Source: Eledone cirrhosa
Lineage: Eukaryota
Assembly (NCBI GenBank): GCA_964016885.1
Contig: OZ024740.1
Coordinates: 220,100,001 to 220,164,000 of the forward strand
Length of the DNA stretch: 64,000 bases
Direction of reading: 5' to 3'
In this document: one piece after another, positions 1 through 14,469 of the stretch
Position numbering within the stretch: the stretch's first letter is position 1
Layout: each line of letters starts with the position of its first letter
The notes under the pieces: generated by a model
The model's input: only the letters and a program-made list of their open reading frames with translations
Told to the model about the DNA's origin: nothing
The model's database searches: none
Translations under genes and position numbers: made by a program

Positions 1-1624
1 GAGTAAACTGGAGCAATGTGAAATAAAGTGTCTTGCTCAAGGAAACAACACATCACCCGGTCTGAGAATAGAACTCACAACCTTTCGATTGCATATATAT
101 ATATGTATGCGAGAAAAACCACAAACCCTCCATCTCAATTCTACTTTTGAAAAGCATAAGAACTGCGAAACCAGTAAAGGAACCAAATAAATATTCTTAA
201 AAAGACTCCAGTTGCATTTTCGATTTCATTTTTTTTCCTTATACTTTCACTCATGTAGGACATCTTGTTTTTTTTCATTTTGGAAAAAAACCTCATTTTC
301 TAATATATATATATATATATGTAGCAATCATTACTCCCACCCTCTTAATATTGCCTCTCTTTGGACACTACAAAGACATCACTAGTGTTGGTGTCATGAT
401 AAAATGCACCCAGTACACTCTGCCAAGTGCTAGTACTGGTGCCATGATAAAACGTACCACATACTCTGTAAAGTAGTTGTGGTGGCCTTGCCAAAAATGG
501 TTTAAGGGACTCTTCAACACAGCAGTCTCTCTAGTGCTAGCACCCAGTACAATCTGTAAAGTAGTCAGTGATAGGAAGGGCACTGAATAGTAGCCACCAT
601 GCCAAAACCAGAACATATGTAAGTGAAACAGGATTCCCAGCTTGTCTAAGAGAACAGTAGCTCTGATTAAGTATGGACTTGGTCTTTGGCTATCAATTCA
701 ACCCATGCCAACATGGGAAAAAATGGACATTAAATTACGATAATGATGATTGCTGTGAATGTAAGAAAATAATTACATTTCTGCAAGAATACTTAGAGAT
801 ATGTTATCATTATTCATTAACTCTTAACGTCCTGTATTGCATGATACTGCATTAACAAGACATTCTTGAAAAGTACAAAACAGCACTGACTGCTTCGCAA
901 TAATCTGCCCTGTAGTAAAAATATTGTAAACATTTGAATTAACCTGTTTTTAGATATTTTCCAGGATGTTAAGAGTTAAGATGATAAGTTAGTGATAACA
1001 TACTTAATGTAATGAGTCATAAAAATCAATCAATTTTTATTACACTGTGTTAGGGAATAGGAATCATCATCATCAATTCTGGTCAAATTGAAAGCTCTAA
1101 GCTCACTATATTACTCTCTGGTTATCTTGCAGAGGGTATTCCTCAATATTATTCCTAAGTTCTTTTAAAGCCATCATACTATTCAGTGTTTATTGATAAA
1201 AAATAATCTACATAAATATATGAAGAGTTCTTTGCTAAAGATTATACTTCACTGAGATGAACTAATAATACCAAATCATATCCACATATTTCCAAGTTTT
1301 ATTTTTAATTGATTTTTATTCAAATTTTGGGTTTGTCTCCCCTGTCTTTCTTAACCAGAATTGATTATTAAGCAAATGATTATTTCTCATTACGACTGGT
1401 GTAACAATAGTTATTTAAAATTTCTTAACTCACGACATTAAATATGTTAGCACCGATATTTCTATTTGGTTTTCAAGCAGGGTGTATCCCTAGGATTTTT
1501 TCCTAGTCATTCATTCATTTAAAAAAATAATTTGCTTCTAGACCAAGATATGGTCACCTGACCCAACTTGCCTCTAAATGGGACAGTGCGTCTAACCCAT
1601 GCTAGCATGAAAAATGGACATTAA

Positions 1625-1659
<35 letters not shown>

Positions 1660-3611
1660 AATCATCTAATATTTATAAAGGTCTTAATAATGTAATACTT
1701 TCACAAGCACTGAAACAGAAGTGGTTAGTCTTACGCTATTTGTCATTAGAATTAGATATACACAAATTAAGAAAACATTTTAATTACTGCATGGAAGAGT
1801 CATTTTAGCCATCTAAAAAACACACAAGAAACACTTTTCTTCCACACAATAATTGTTTTAGTTTCAACACATCTCAGTTCAAGTCACTTGCCAAAGAAGT
1901 ACAACTTCGAAATTTTAGTTTAAAAATTTGTTAAATCAAACTTTCAATATAGATTAACAAAATGCCTGGTCAGATTATACCTGAAATTAAATAGGAACTC
2001 CTTCAGTTTTTAATTAACAAAACTAACCATAACTAAAACTTAGTAATAATACAGTTCTGAAAAATGGAAAATTCAAAAATTATAACTCATATAAGTACTA
2101 AATATATATAATTCTGTTCATATAAATCAAGGATGCTTGACTCCACCCCCTCTCACCAAGGTAAGTGTATATATATATGTCTGTGTGTGTGTGAGTAATT
2201 ATAGTGGAGGAGTCCACTATTATTTTGGTAAGGTGTGAAAAGCTCAATCTGCACTTAAGGTTGACAGCAAGCAGATTAAAGATGAATTTAATTTTTTTTT
2301 AAACCTGGTTTATTCATATATATATATATATCAGTAAATGGAATATAAAATAAATATACAATAAAGATTAATGTATAAATCAGAAATCTGTATAAGCAAG
2401 TTGCATGTTATTGTATCATGTTATGTATTTTCATCTTTTATACAAATGTCAGGTTTGGGCCCAAAGTTCAATCAATCCATGTGTTGTCCCATTATCCTGG
2501 GAATGCCTGATCTAGATAATATGAAATTTGTATCACACGTCTATTTTTTTTTTTAAGTTTTACATTTTCACTTTTAATATTTTCCATTGCATACTAATGT
2601 AATATTTCACTCACTATGTTATTCATATTGGGGAATGGATAAACACTGCTAATTCCTATTTCTTTTTCCTCTAAACCTTAATTACATCACATCTAGCAAG
2701 CCATCTAAGTAGTTCATGGGTTACTGTTACCTATTGCTGTACGTTTAGGTCATTTCGGGTTCTGGATCTATAAAAATTTCTTTACATAATCAAACTGCTT
2801 TTATAACTTGCAATTATAACTTATCATATCTTTCATACTTATGATACAGAACATTATCAAACTTCTTCCTTTTAACCTCCTTCCTGGATAGATAAGCCTG
2901 ATATTTTGCTTCCTCATATCCCTCCAAGCTATCCACTTTCTCCCACTACTTCTAGCACTGTTATATAGTTCATATATCCCTATTACATTACTTTCCCTAT
3001 GCTTAATGGAGATCTCCTCTATCTACAATATTAGTTACTTCTCAGCAGGTTATTTACCTTGCTGTCCTTAATATTATAGCTCTCTATCTCCCTCTCTATA
3101 TCTAAATAGGTACCATCTGATGCCAACAGGAGATTATGCTATACAAAAGGATGTTATAATTTTCATATCTTCCTTCTCATGTAATTTGCTTCTTAATCTT
3201 CCCAATTTTCAACTTACAAATTGATTACCACTACAGGCACAGGCATAGCTGTGTGGTTAAGAAGTTTACTTCACAACCACATTGTTCTAATCCCACTGAA
3301 ACTGATGGGGTGGGAAGAAATAGAGGTATCCACAAACCAGAGACATGGCTTGAATGCTTACAACAGAGTGGACTCAGCAAACTGCACCCAAGAACCAGAT
3401 GTTCATATTAAATTGGGCAATGTATTAAGTATTTATGCAAAGGTGTGGAATTACAGACCCATTGAGTATATCTATCATTGGAATATGTTTTTATATCCCA
3501 CATTTGAATTAATCATGTTCCAACTGTTTTTAGGATCAATATTGTGACCTTCCACCATTTTATATTCTAAGATATAAATTACAACATTTAATGTCTTAAG
3601 ATGAATTCAAA

Positions 3612-4579
3612 TCTATATATCTAAAACAGAGAATGTCTGTCTGTCTGTCCAATCACTAAAACTCGAGAACCACCCAACCGATTGTTTTCAAACTTTACAC
3701 ATGTAATACTTATGGTCCTGTGAGTGTTTTGAGCAAAAATTATTTCAAATTTTCAATGCCCTAGGGACCGCATTAGGCGATTTGGCGATCTCTCTCTATA
3801 ATTCTTAGTCTTTCTCTTTTTAGATAGATACATACATATAACGTTGCACCCTTATAATATCTGTCTGTATGCCTGGCTGTCTGCATTATGACATTATGAC
3901 GTAGCTGTGTGTGTGTGTGTGTGTATATGTATATATAGTGTGTGTATATATGTATATATAGTGTGTGTATATATATATGTATATATAGTGTGTGTATATA
4001 TATATGTATATATAGTGTGTGTATATATATATGTATATATAGTATATGTATATATAGTGTGTGTATATATATATATAGTGTGCAACGTTTTTCGAAATAT
4101 TTACTTCTGCGTTCACAGATTGATTTTTTTAATTTAGTTTCAGAAGATCCCGTTAAGGGTGAAAGCGACGATTCTTTGCTTAAACTTTAATCTGTTATTT
4201 TAATATATATATATATATATATATATAATTATATATTCGTGTACAGATATTTTGCATACACAATAACAAAATATAAACAAAAGTATTTATTTTGCGATGA
4301 AGTATTGATCTTCTTCGCACGGAAAAAAACCCTGGTAATGTACAACAAATTATTTTTATAAGCACAAAATGTAGACACCATCCCAAGGCATTCCGTACTT
4401 CTCTGTACTGTTATATATATATATATATAATTATATATTCGTGTACAGATATTTTTGCATATACAATAACAAAATATAAACAAACGTATTTATTTCACGA
4501 GGCTTGATAAGGATAAATATATATCAAATATATAAGAACCCTAGAGCAAATTCCGAGCAACGCCGGGCCATTCTGCTAG
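3612..4579 (+). mobile_element. Non-autonomous Helitron
   Basis: A^TCTATATATCTAAAAC start, (TCTG)n near 5' end, subterminal hairpin CCGAGCAACGCCGGG, end CTAG^T, no TSD. Confidence 0.88.
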
Positions 4580-5126
4580 TATAAATTAAAACAAAAAATA
4601 TATTTTTTCCATTTAGCTAGATTGTAAACTATGACACAATTTAAAGTATCCCAGAGTATCTAAATTTATTTAAATGCATTTTTTACATATTTCTCATGAA
4701 AATCATTACCCATTATTTTCAAATAATTTTGAAAATAATCAAGAATTTGGGAGGTTTAGTTAACTTCCTTGTTATTAAGCTGGTGTTTGGGACATCACTT
4801 AAAAAATATTCCTACACAAAATTATGATGGGCGGTTTTTAGATAAATATAGACACTTTAATACAAACATCTCAATATCATAGAACCAAAGGTGGTTTTAG
4901 GTAGATTGGTATCAAAAGGGTTAAACAGCAGGAATTAAATAAATATTACAAACTTTGTAAATTATATTAGTATGTAGTAGGTTATCAGTAATACCTTTTC
5001 TCTTTAATTTATATTTAAATTAATGGATTAAATTATTATAATCCTATCATTATAATTACTCTGACATATATATTAAGCCATTGCATTTCATACATTTTCA
5101 TTAAAATGAAATTTGAAGAATTTTAC

Positions 5127-5284
5127 CTTGATCCTTTAGAGTCAGATGAAACCTGCTCTTTGGATGGAATTTCTTGATTAGAAAACTTTGCAGTTAACTT
5201 ATCAGTGGCTCCTAGAGGTATTTTTGATCTGTTGGACTCATAGATTTTAGTAGCATCTTGTCTTTTAGAGCTGTATTGGGACAT
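5127..5284 (-). CDS. Probable first coding exon of an unidentified host gene (exon 5127-5345; MSQYSSKRQDATKIYESNRSKIPLGATDKLTAKFSNQEIPSKEQVSSDSKGS...)
   Basis: Acceptor TTTTTTTGTTAG at 5346-5357, in-frame stops upstream of the ATG at 5284, 52 open codons, donor AAG|GTAAAA; unique sequence; gene would continue left of the window. Confidence 0.6.
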
Positions 5285-5846
5285 ATTTAATGTATTCGAA
5301 TAATTGTAAAATTATTAATGGGGTGGCTACTAGTACTTGAAAGACCTAACAAAAAAAGCAAGCAAATCATAAATTAAATAATAAAATAACATATAAAATG
5401 ATCAAAATAAAAACAAGATATATATTTTTTAAATGTGTTTTTGTCCATGTAAATTATTTTTTCAAACCTTGCATTCTCTTAAGCAAAAATCAACATACGA
5501 GTTGACCATGATCTGCTTATCTAAATTTACACACAACTTTGGAAGAATGATCCTATTCATGATATATAAGAGGACATTCTTTTATTCTTTTCTCTTACTT
5601 GTTTCAGCCATTAGACTGCAGCCATACTGGCATATCACCTATATCACTTCTATTATCATATATATATATATATATATATATATGGTTGAACAATGTACAC
5701 AAATAAGACAAGATTTAGTACATAATTCATCCATTGTTTTACGATCGTTTCAAAGGGCAAAATAAACTAAGATTTTTTTTATATACTGACTAATCAATAG
5801 CAGTTATGCAACTCCTATAATATTAGCCTTGAAATGTATATATATA

Positions 5847-6751
5847 TCTATATATATAAAACTGAGGATATCTGTCTGTGTGTGTGTGAGTTTGAATCCC
5901 TAAAACTCGAGAACCACCCAACCGACTGTTTTCAAACTTTACACATGTAATACTTATGTTTCAGGGAGTGTTCTGAGCAAAACAAATTTCAAAGTTTCAA
6001 TGCCCTAGGGACAGCATTAGGCGATTTAGCGATCTCTCTCTATAATTCTTAGTCTTTCTCTTTTTAGATAGATACATACATATAATGTCGCTCCCTCATA
6101 ATATCTGTCTGTATGTCTGGCTTTCTGCATTACGTCACTTCCCTGAGGATGTCTGTCTGTGTGTGAGTTTGAATCCCTAAAACTTGAGAAGTACCCAACC
6201 GAATTTTTCAACTTTACATGTGTATGACTTATGTTTCAGGGAATGGTATGCACATAAAAAAATTCAACCTTTTGATCCCCTAGGGCACGCATTAGTTGAA
6301 AAACTGCGTTTTTTTTTCAGTTTTTTTAGGGGTTTTTTTAGTTGTTACGTCAGACTGATTTCATTGAAATTGTAACTATGTATTAGTCAGTCTCTTCTTC
6401 ATACCGTGAGCAAAGAAAACCCAACCTTTTATGGCCTAGGGCCCGCATTAGGTGAAAAACTTCATTTTTTCAGCTTTTTAGGGCTTTTTTGAGCCGATTT
6501 TCCCAAAATTTCAAGGCATATTATGCACATAAAAAAATTCATTTTCTTGATCCCCTAGGGTCCGCATTAGGTGAAAACCTGCATTTTTTCCTGCATCATC
6601 GAGGAAAATCTTAAAGATTATTTGGCAATCAGAGTATTCGGTTTACTTTTTTTACATATTGTCCACGCATGCAGTTTTTCCACGATTAAGGCTGTTGGCG
6701 GCCCGTGTTCCAAAATGCTTTATCCCGTGCAAAGCCGGGAACCACTGCTAG
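5847..6751 (+). mobile_element. Non-autonomous Helitron, related subfamily (shared 5' part, different 3' part)
   Basis: A^TC start, duplicated head at ~6142, repeated CCCTAGGG..CGCATTAG units, hairpin CCCGTGCAAAGCCGGG, CTAG^T end. Confidence 0.85.
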
Positions 6752-7785
6752 TATATAATATATATATATAATATATATGTGTGTGTGTACATACAGGCAC
6801 ATACTTACATATATATGTCATGACAATATCCCTACAATTCTCCATCAGGAGTTATGGGTCCATACATACATTGTATTTAGGAAAATAATTTTTTTTTTTT
6901 TACCCTAACATATGAATTAATCTTCAAAGTAAAGGATAGAGTATCTTTTTGTATGTTCATGTGATATGTCATTTTCTCATTCAGACTGCCTTTCCATCTA
7001 GCAGTTTTGTGAACTTATAACAATTGCATCAGAGGTGACATGTGGTGGACTTTGAAACAAAACGTATTTCCCTGCAATATCATGTTATAAAAAGCTTGCT
7101 AAAGTTGACAGAACATTTTAAATGTTTTAGCGTACTAGTCTAAAAAAATCTCATTTTTCAGTGATATCTAATGATACAGCACTTTATATTACAACCTAAG
7201 TTTTGAAAGTAAACTCAGCATATTCCATTGTGATTAAGAAAATGAAAGTTTCAAGTACTTCCCTAGGGCACTGTTATCAAGATAGTGACTGAGCAGTTTT
7301 CTTCTAGATTTATATACAATTTAGAGAATTTGAGAAAACAATACAATTTATAAAGTATCCTTATGAAACAGGTTTTACAAATCTGAAATTAGGTGGTGAA
7401 TTTAAAAGAGCTAGAAATTCAATTCAATTCTCTTAAAAAGCTTAAATTTATCAATAGGTCGGTGACTTGGCAATCATTAGAACACACAATGTTTTGTAAT
7501 ATTAATTCTGGCTGTATGTGCTCTTAGTTCAAACCCCACCAAGTTTTAACTATGCCTGTCATCCTTTTAGAGTCAATAAATAAAATATCAGTTCAGTACT
7601 AGAGTTGATTCTTCTCTCTCTAAAAACAATCAGCTATGATCAGACTTGGCAAAGGATGGGTACCGCCAGGTTTAAAATGCCTAAGACAGTGTTCCTACAA
7701 CTCCACTAAGAGTTAGTTATAGAATCAGTGATTACAAAGAGAAACTCATTACACTTAAAACTGATTAAAAAGACATTGAGCATGA

Positions 7786-8046
7786 ATGTGTACATATAAT
7801 CGTGAATTCAGATGTATTCAGACTGCATACATCTGGGAATATGGAATAACATTCCTAAAATTTTTTTTTTTTTCTGTAAAAGTACTCCTAAACCTTTTCT
7901 CATCAACGTATTCATGTGAAACATTATTCTCAGCACTAAATCATCTAAGAGCAAATGAGAAAATCAAAATGGGTGAAAACTTGAGTGCTGCCTGTCTAGC
8001 ATTAAAACATTTTAAAACATTAAAACATATTAAAACATACATGTGA
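7786..8046 (+). pseudogene. hAT (Charlie/Buster-type) transposase C-terminal dimerisation-domain remnant
   Basis: LFSSTYSCETLFSALN..ENLSAACL resembles the F.STY.CE..FS motif. Confidence 0.65.
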
Positions 8047-8368
8047 AATAGCTCTCCCATAAAGCAACTGTCTTCACAAACGTTGCAAAAAAAAAAAGTA
8101 ATTTTTTTTTGTTATTATCTTACTTTTATAAGCACATTTTGAAAATTTCAAGTCATATTTCATTAAACTCTCAGTTTTATAAATAAAATATATTAGAAAA
8201 ATATAACCTAAACCTAAAATATATAAGACTAAAATATGTATACATGCAAGTGACATTCTAATAGCAGGATTATTAAAATAAAATGAAAATTTCAAAATGC
8301 TGAGCTAAAAATCTTTGCTATTACTGATCTAGTAGTACAGTTACTGCTTTCTTTCTTTTATGAGATAT

Positions 8369-8572
8369 GGAGGTGGTTAGAAGTTAATTGGCAAAATCGG
8401 TAGAGGGTCGGACGACATGCTTTGCAGCATAGAGTTACGGTCCTTTATGATCTGAGTTCAAATCCCGCCGAGGTTAGCTTTGCCTTTCATCCTTATGGGG
8501 TCGATAAAATAAAGTACCAGTAATACACTGGGATAATTGCTGGCCTTGTGCCAAAAGTAGAAACAATTATTT
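8369..8572 (+). mobile_element. tRNA-derived SINE with Meta/MESC-type central domain and (ATT)n tail
   Basis: A box TGGCA..ATCGG, B box GAGTTCAAATCC, GCCTTTCATCCTT..GGGGTCGATAAAATAAAGTACCAG, end GTAGAAACAATTATT. Confidence 0.85.
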
Positions 8573-8657
8573 ATTGTTTAATCTAAAGCCTAAAGTGAAG
8601 CTGTTTCTGCTGTAATGAGCTGAAATTTTCAAGTCACGGTCATTTTTTTCTTTGAAA

Positions 8658-8726
<69 letters not shown>

Positions 8727-11700
8727 ATATATATATATATCATCATCATCATCATCATTTTTGCGTCCGTTTACCATGCTGGTATGTATGGACTGTGTGG
8801 ATCATCACAGTCTGAGGTTAGACAGGTTGGGTGAACCATGTCTTCCTCCTATGTTCAATTTTTTGCATAATTTCTATAGCTCGGTGTGGATACCCTTCCT
8901 AATTCTAACTACTTTACTGAGGATGTTGGATGCCAACACTAGAGAGATCATTGTGACATATAATATATAGACACACGCATATACATGTGCTCTTTAGAAT
9001 TTTATTTTTAAAGTATCTAAGCTCCTTAGCCTTTTTTTAAAAAAGGCATTGATGGTGTGATGGTAAGAGCAAAGATGATGATGATGATAGTGATTGGTAA
9101 GGATGATGATGATGATGAACAACAAGAGCCTCAATGCCTGAGGTTTAAATGATATTTTTATCAGTACATCCAGTTGTTCAAATTAAAATAATCTTCTAGT
9201 TGAATAGTGATATTGGTTACATTAATCTACTTTAAATTGAAAGAAGTGACTGGATAGAATGCTTCCTTGTGATGATTTCATATCTCATTGCTACATTACT
9301 CTTTTAACTTCAGTCAACCGAGCTGAAACTGTAGCCTTGGGCTAACCAATGCTTTGTGAGTGAAATTACATAGATGGAAAACTGTGAGAAAGCCTATCAT
9401 ATGTGTATGTGCATGTATGCACACAAATGTACATGCATCTGCTTCCAGGTGCATCTTCACATCAATACCATATAAGCAGGCAGTGATGTTTGTTTGTGCC
9501 CCACATAAACAATAAATCCCACAGTTTGGTGGACTGACAAAAGTTAGAGGTTCAAACCATACAAAGTATTTATCAGTTTCCGAAAGGACATTTGAAACAT
9601 AACAAACCAGCCTCAAAATGACTCATCCAACCCATGCCAGCAAGCAAAAGCAGACATGATGATGATGATGATTTTTACCACTTGTGGAAACCATGCCATT
9701 GAACCAGAATCTTATTTGTCAACAATCTGTTAACCATATGTGTAATAAGTCTTCTTATATAAATGAAATAACATAGAGGCACCCATGAGTTGACTACATA
9801 TATAAATTTAATCCAGTTACAGTGTCATGTTTTAAGTTCTAACAAAGTGAAGAAGCTATATTAGAGAGGAGGTAATCAGATCATCATCATCATTATCATA
9901 TTGCATGTACTTTCGTTGTTGACATCAGTTGGACAGGTTGTTAAGGCCTAAGTCAGTTCTTATTCAGAGTTACTGTCCTCCTATGTAGGGCACAGGACCA
10001 CATCTCACTTGTACGTTCCAATTGTTGGTATGGTTTCGGCAGCTGTGTGCCCTTCCAAACACCAACCACTTTACAAAGAATAGTGGTCACATTTTATCAC
10101 AGCACCAGCACTAGAAAGTTCCCTTTCCCCATGCATAGCAAAAGAGTCCTATCCACTTTATGTTATCTACGTCCTTTCAAGGTAAAAATGCTTGAGAATA
10201 TAATTTGAAAGGGAAACAATAATCTAATGCTTCTATACAAGCAGTTCACGAACATAAGCTTTCAGTAATTGATCATGTTTATTATGAATAACGAGTACAA
10301 TCAAGATATCAATGTTATGTTTCCAATATAATAGAAACATAAATGATGCAGTGCTATCTCAACTGTAGTTGAAAGGGAGCTAAAATATGCATAGTCTAAT
10401 AAACAGCATTATCAAAGGAGGTGTGGAAATATCTATTACTCAGATGGTTCTCTGGAAGAAGTAATTTTAAACTTTGTACAAAGGTAACATAATTAGTTTT
10501 GAGGATGAACTCAGGCTTAGCACATTTCTCTTTCAGATGACAATAAAGGAATATGCTTGCTTGTGAGCTCTCTCTCTCTCTCTCTCTCTCTCTGTAAATA
10601 ATACATTATATAATGCAATAGGATGCCATATTGCAGCATGCCTGTCTACTCCATGCCTACAGATATTACAACATATACAATAAATTGATGACAACAACAA
10701 TGGTTATGATCATCACTTCTCTGCTGTTGTCATCATTGGATAAAAACAAAAAACAAACTCATTCTTCTTTTGATTTACTTCCATGAAAAAAAGTGATATT
10801 ATAGCTATATACTAAACCTATATGCTAAAGTCTGTGTTATACAGGTGCCATAAGAAATATACAAACTAATTATATACACATACAGTTTTGAGTTTGATCC
10901 CACTGCATGGCACCTTGGCAATTGTCTTCTACCATAGCTTCAGGCTGACCAATACCTTGTGAGGGAAATTGGCAGACAAACACAGTGAGGATGTCCACTG
11001 TGTGTATATATATGTGTGTCTCTACATGTGTCTTCATATTGAACTTATTTAAAACAAATGGTAATGTTTGTTTATGTTCCATATAAGCAATATATGTCAC
11101 AGCTTAGCTGTTTGACAAAAGTCACCAGTATATAGCATACATGAAAATAGAGTAAGGGTTAGTGTCAGGAAGGCATCTGGTCATAGAAAAACTACCTCAA
11201 AAAATGTCCCCAGCATAAAAAGTGGACATGACAATGATGATGAGGAAGCTGATGATTCAGAATTGTATTTTTAGTAGATTTTTACCTGTATACTAAAATA
11301 TTTTATGCAATGTTACAATTAAATATTTTGAGTTCACAATTGTTTCAATTCTCTACTCTAAATATGCTTAAATTTACTTAAACAAATTCTCATATTTCTT
11401 TCAGTTTTATATTCTTTAAAACTGAAATTTTAATAAATAATTATTGATTAAAATGGCATTTCCTATATAATCATCACCATCATCATTATGTTCTTTCGTG
11501 TGTTTTTTTTTACATACTGGCATTAGTTAAATGAGACTTTTTGAAGCAATGTTTCTATGGCTAGATATTCTTCCTGATGCCAACCCATCCTCTATGGTAT
11601 ATACCCCTCATTCTTATCGAAACACTATGCTGCAAGACATAAAATTGTTTCTGAAGAACATAAACAAATATCACCAGTTGTTTTAAGCATTGTAAATAAA

Positions 11701-12023
11701 ACAATTTCTGTTTATCAATTTCATAGACAGGGTATTGGTAAGGTGAGGCTATAGAAGACACTTGCAAAGGTACTGGGCAGTGAGATGGATCTGAAATTGT
11801 ATGGTTGATGCAGACAAAAAACATACACAACACAGTAAATAGTCCTACTAAGTACATTACACACATATTACAGAAGTACTTGCAAGACCTTCTGTAATAT
11901 GTGTGCAAGTACTTTCTGTGATATGTGTGTAATGTGCTGTGAGAGTTCACAATGAAAACAGGACAACAACAAGGTAAGGGTGGAAGAGGACAATGGAAAG
12001 AAAGAAAGAAAGAAAGAGAGAAA

Positions 12024-12078
<55 letters not shown>

Positions 12079-12501
12079 CAACAATAATAACAACACCAAC
12101 AACAAGGTGGGGTGGAAGAGGACGATGAATAGATAAATGAAGATGAGGAGAGGAAGGAGGAGAGGAAGGAGAAGGAGGGGTGTGAGGAGGATTACAACAA
12201 TAATAACAAAAATTATGATTCACAATATCAATGTGAGATTGTTTTCCATACAGGATATTGAACTGGAGACAGTAAACACACTTCTGTGATAACCTAATAA
12301 TAATAAACTATAGCACCACCACAGCAGTGCTGCTCATTGTCAACAATATCAACAATAACAACAACGAACAACAACAATAACAAGCAGATTAAGAATATTA
12401 CACCTGTATACAGCAGCTTCAAGGAACCTAGATAGGAATAATATTAAAAATAAGACAGAATATAAAATATATCAGACATTTAATAATTAAAGTGTAATTA
12501 A

Positions 12502-12719
12502 CCCTTTAACATTTAAACCGGCCATATCCAGCCAGAATTCTCTCACCTCCTTCTGTTCAAACAGGTTGTATCTGGCCCCTTATATTGACTTTAAGGTATT
12601 GTTCTCAAAATAAATATCAAAATCTCATAGATTCGATATTATATGAGATAATTATGTAAGGTAAAACCTTTACCATGAAAATACAATAGTAAATACAGAG
12701 TAATGTAAATGCTAAAGGG
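12502..12719 (+). mobile_element. piggyBac-like MITE family A
   Basis: TTAA^CCCTTTA.CATTTA...TAAATGCTAAAGGG^TTAA. Confidence 0.85.
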
Positions 12720-14469
12720 TTAAAGAATATATATGTAAACTAGCTACTTGATAGATAGTAAGAAGGACCAACACAACTGAGTTTAGAACAGAAGGAATCC
12801 CAGAGCTGGTTGAGTAAGGAAGACTTAAATAGAATAAGAGAGAGGCTTCTGGTAGCTAATCTAGATCAAACACTCAATACAAACTTGGCAAAGAAATTAT
12901 CATGATTTTACATCCATTTTTCCATGCTGGGTGGGTTGTTATAGGCTGTGTTAGGACTTAATCAGAGCTACTGTCCTCATATATAGATTGGGGGACCAAG
13001 CCAGAAAAAGGTAGAGAGAACTATTCAGTCACATCAAATCTGGCCTCTCTAATGCTGGTACCACAAAACAATACAATCAGTACACTATGTAAAGTAGTAG
13101 GCATTAGAAAAAGCATCTAGCCATAGAAACCATGTCCAAATTGGAACATTTCATTTTGTTACTGTTAAGTCAAGGAGAGAAGAACGGGGCCCAAAATATA
13201 TTTCATGACCTCCAAGACTAGTGGAAGGGAGGAAAGAAGGTATCTTCAAACTGGAGACCAAACTCGAATGCTTGTAACAGAACAAACTTTGATAAAGGCA
13301 CCCAAGGATCAGGTGGTGTTATTAAACTGGATGACAGATTAAGTCTACTAACCATGTAGACCACAGCAGGATTTGAACTAAGAACACAAAAAACTACAAC
13401 AAATACCACAATACATCTTGTCTGACAATCATTTTCAAAATTAATTGACACACGCAGGTAGTGTGTTACATTAGAAATATGGCAACAGTAACTGAAAAAT
13501 ACTACCCTAGCAGAATACTTCAGTGACAAGGTATAGCTCTAATCTCCATTAGGACCTATGTTGGACACGGATTTTAAGTCTCGGTAAAGTGGTACCATTA
13601 CAAAATCAAAAAGGTACTACTAGAGAACAACCAAATAAAAACCTTATATGTGTATGGTTAGAGAATATATGGTTGTCAATACAGAAACAAACTTTGTCAT
13701 AATAACTTTGTGTGGTTAAGAAGTTTGATTTGCAACAACATGGTTTCAATTTGGTCCCACTGCATGGCAACTTGAGCAAGTATCTTCTACTGTAGCCTTG
13801 GGTTGACCAATGCTTTTTAAGTATAATTTGGTAGGTGGAAATTGTGCAGAAGCTATATATATATATATATATATATATTCATTTATTAATGCTAAAGGGT
13901 ACTACAAGTTCTTGTCTGATAATCCTATGATAAACAAGTGAAATTCCAGAGTAACAAAACTCACTATTTAACCTTAATAAATGAATATTAATACACTACT
14001 TTTGATAATATTGAGTACTCTTTTCTCTCAACCATCAACCACACTCACACATTATATATATATATATATATCGAACTAGACAAATAGAGTTTGTGCTAGT
14101 ACACCAAAATTTCCCACTTGCTCAATGATTTCACGGGACCTGCATTTCCGAAGTGCAGGTTGGCGATTCAGAACACACACATTTAGTCATACAATGGTAA
14201 GATCGGGGTTATGTATTATAAATCAGCCCAGACCAAACGAAATTCGTTGGTTTCTTCCCTATATATATATGTGTGTGTGTGTGTATATAAGTGTGTGTTT
14301 GTGTTTGCATGTGTCTGTATTTCTGTCTACACTGCTTAACAACCAGTGATGTTTATTTATGTCCTATATCACAGCTGTTCAACAAATATAGATCGATAAA
14401 ATAAGTACCAGACTAATACAAATTCCAGTCTAATAACTAAAACCATTAAAAGAATAAAAGAATATGGCC

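Noticed and set aside
8369-8470. tRNA-like A/B boxes (many copies)
   Set aside because: Heads of SINEs continuing into a shared body and tail; not tRNA genes
11561-12223. 220-aa minus-strand ORF
   Set aside because: Low-complexity, spans (GA)n and SINE fragments; no domain motifs
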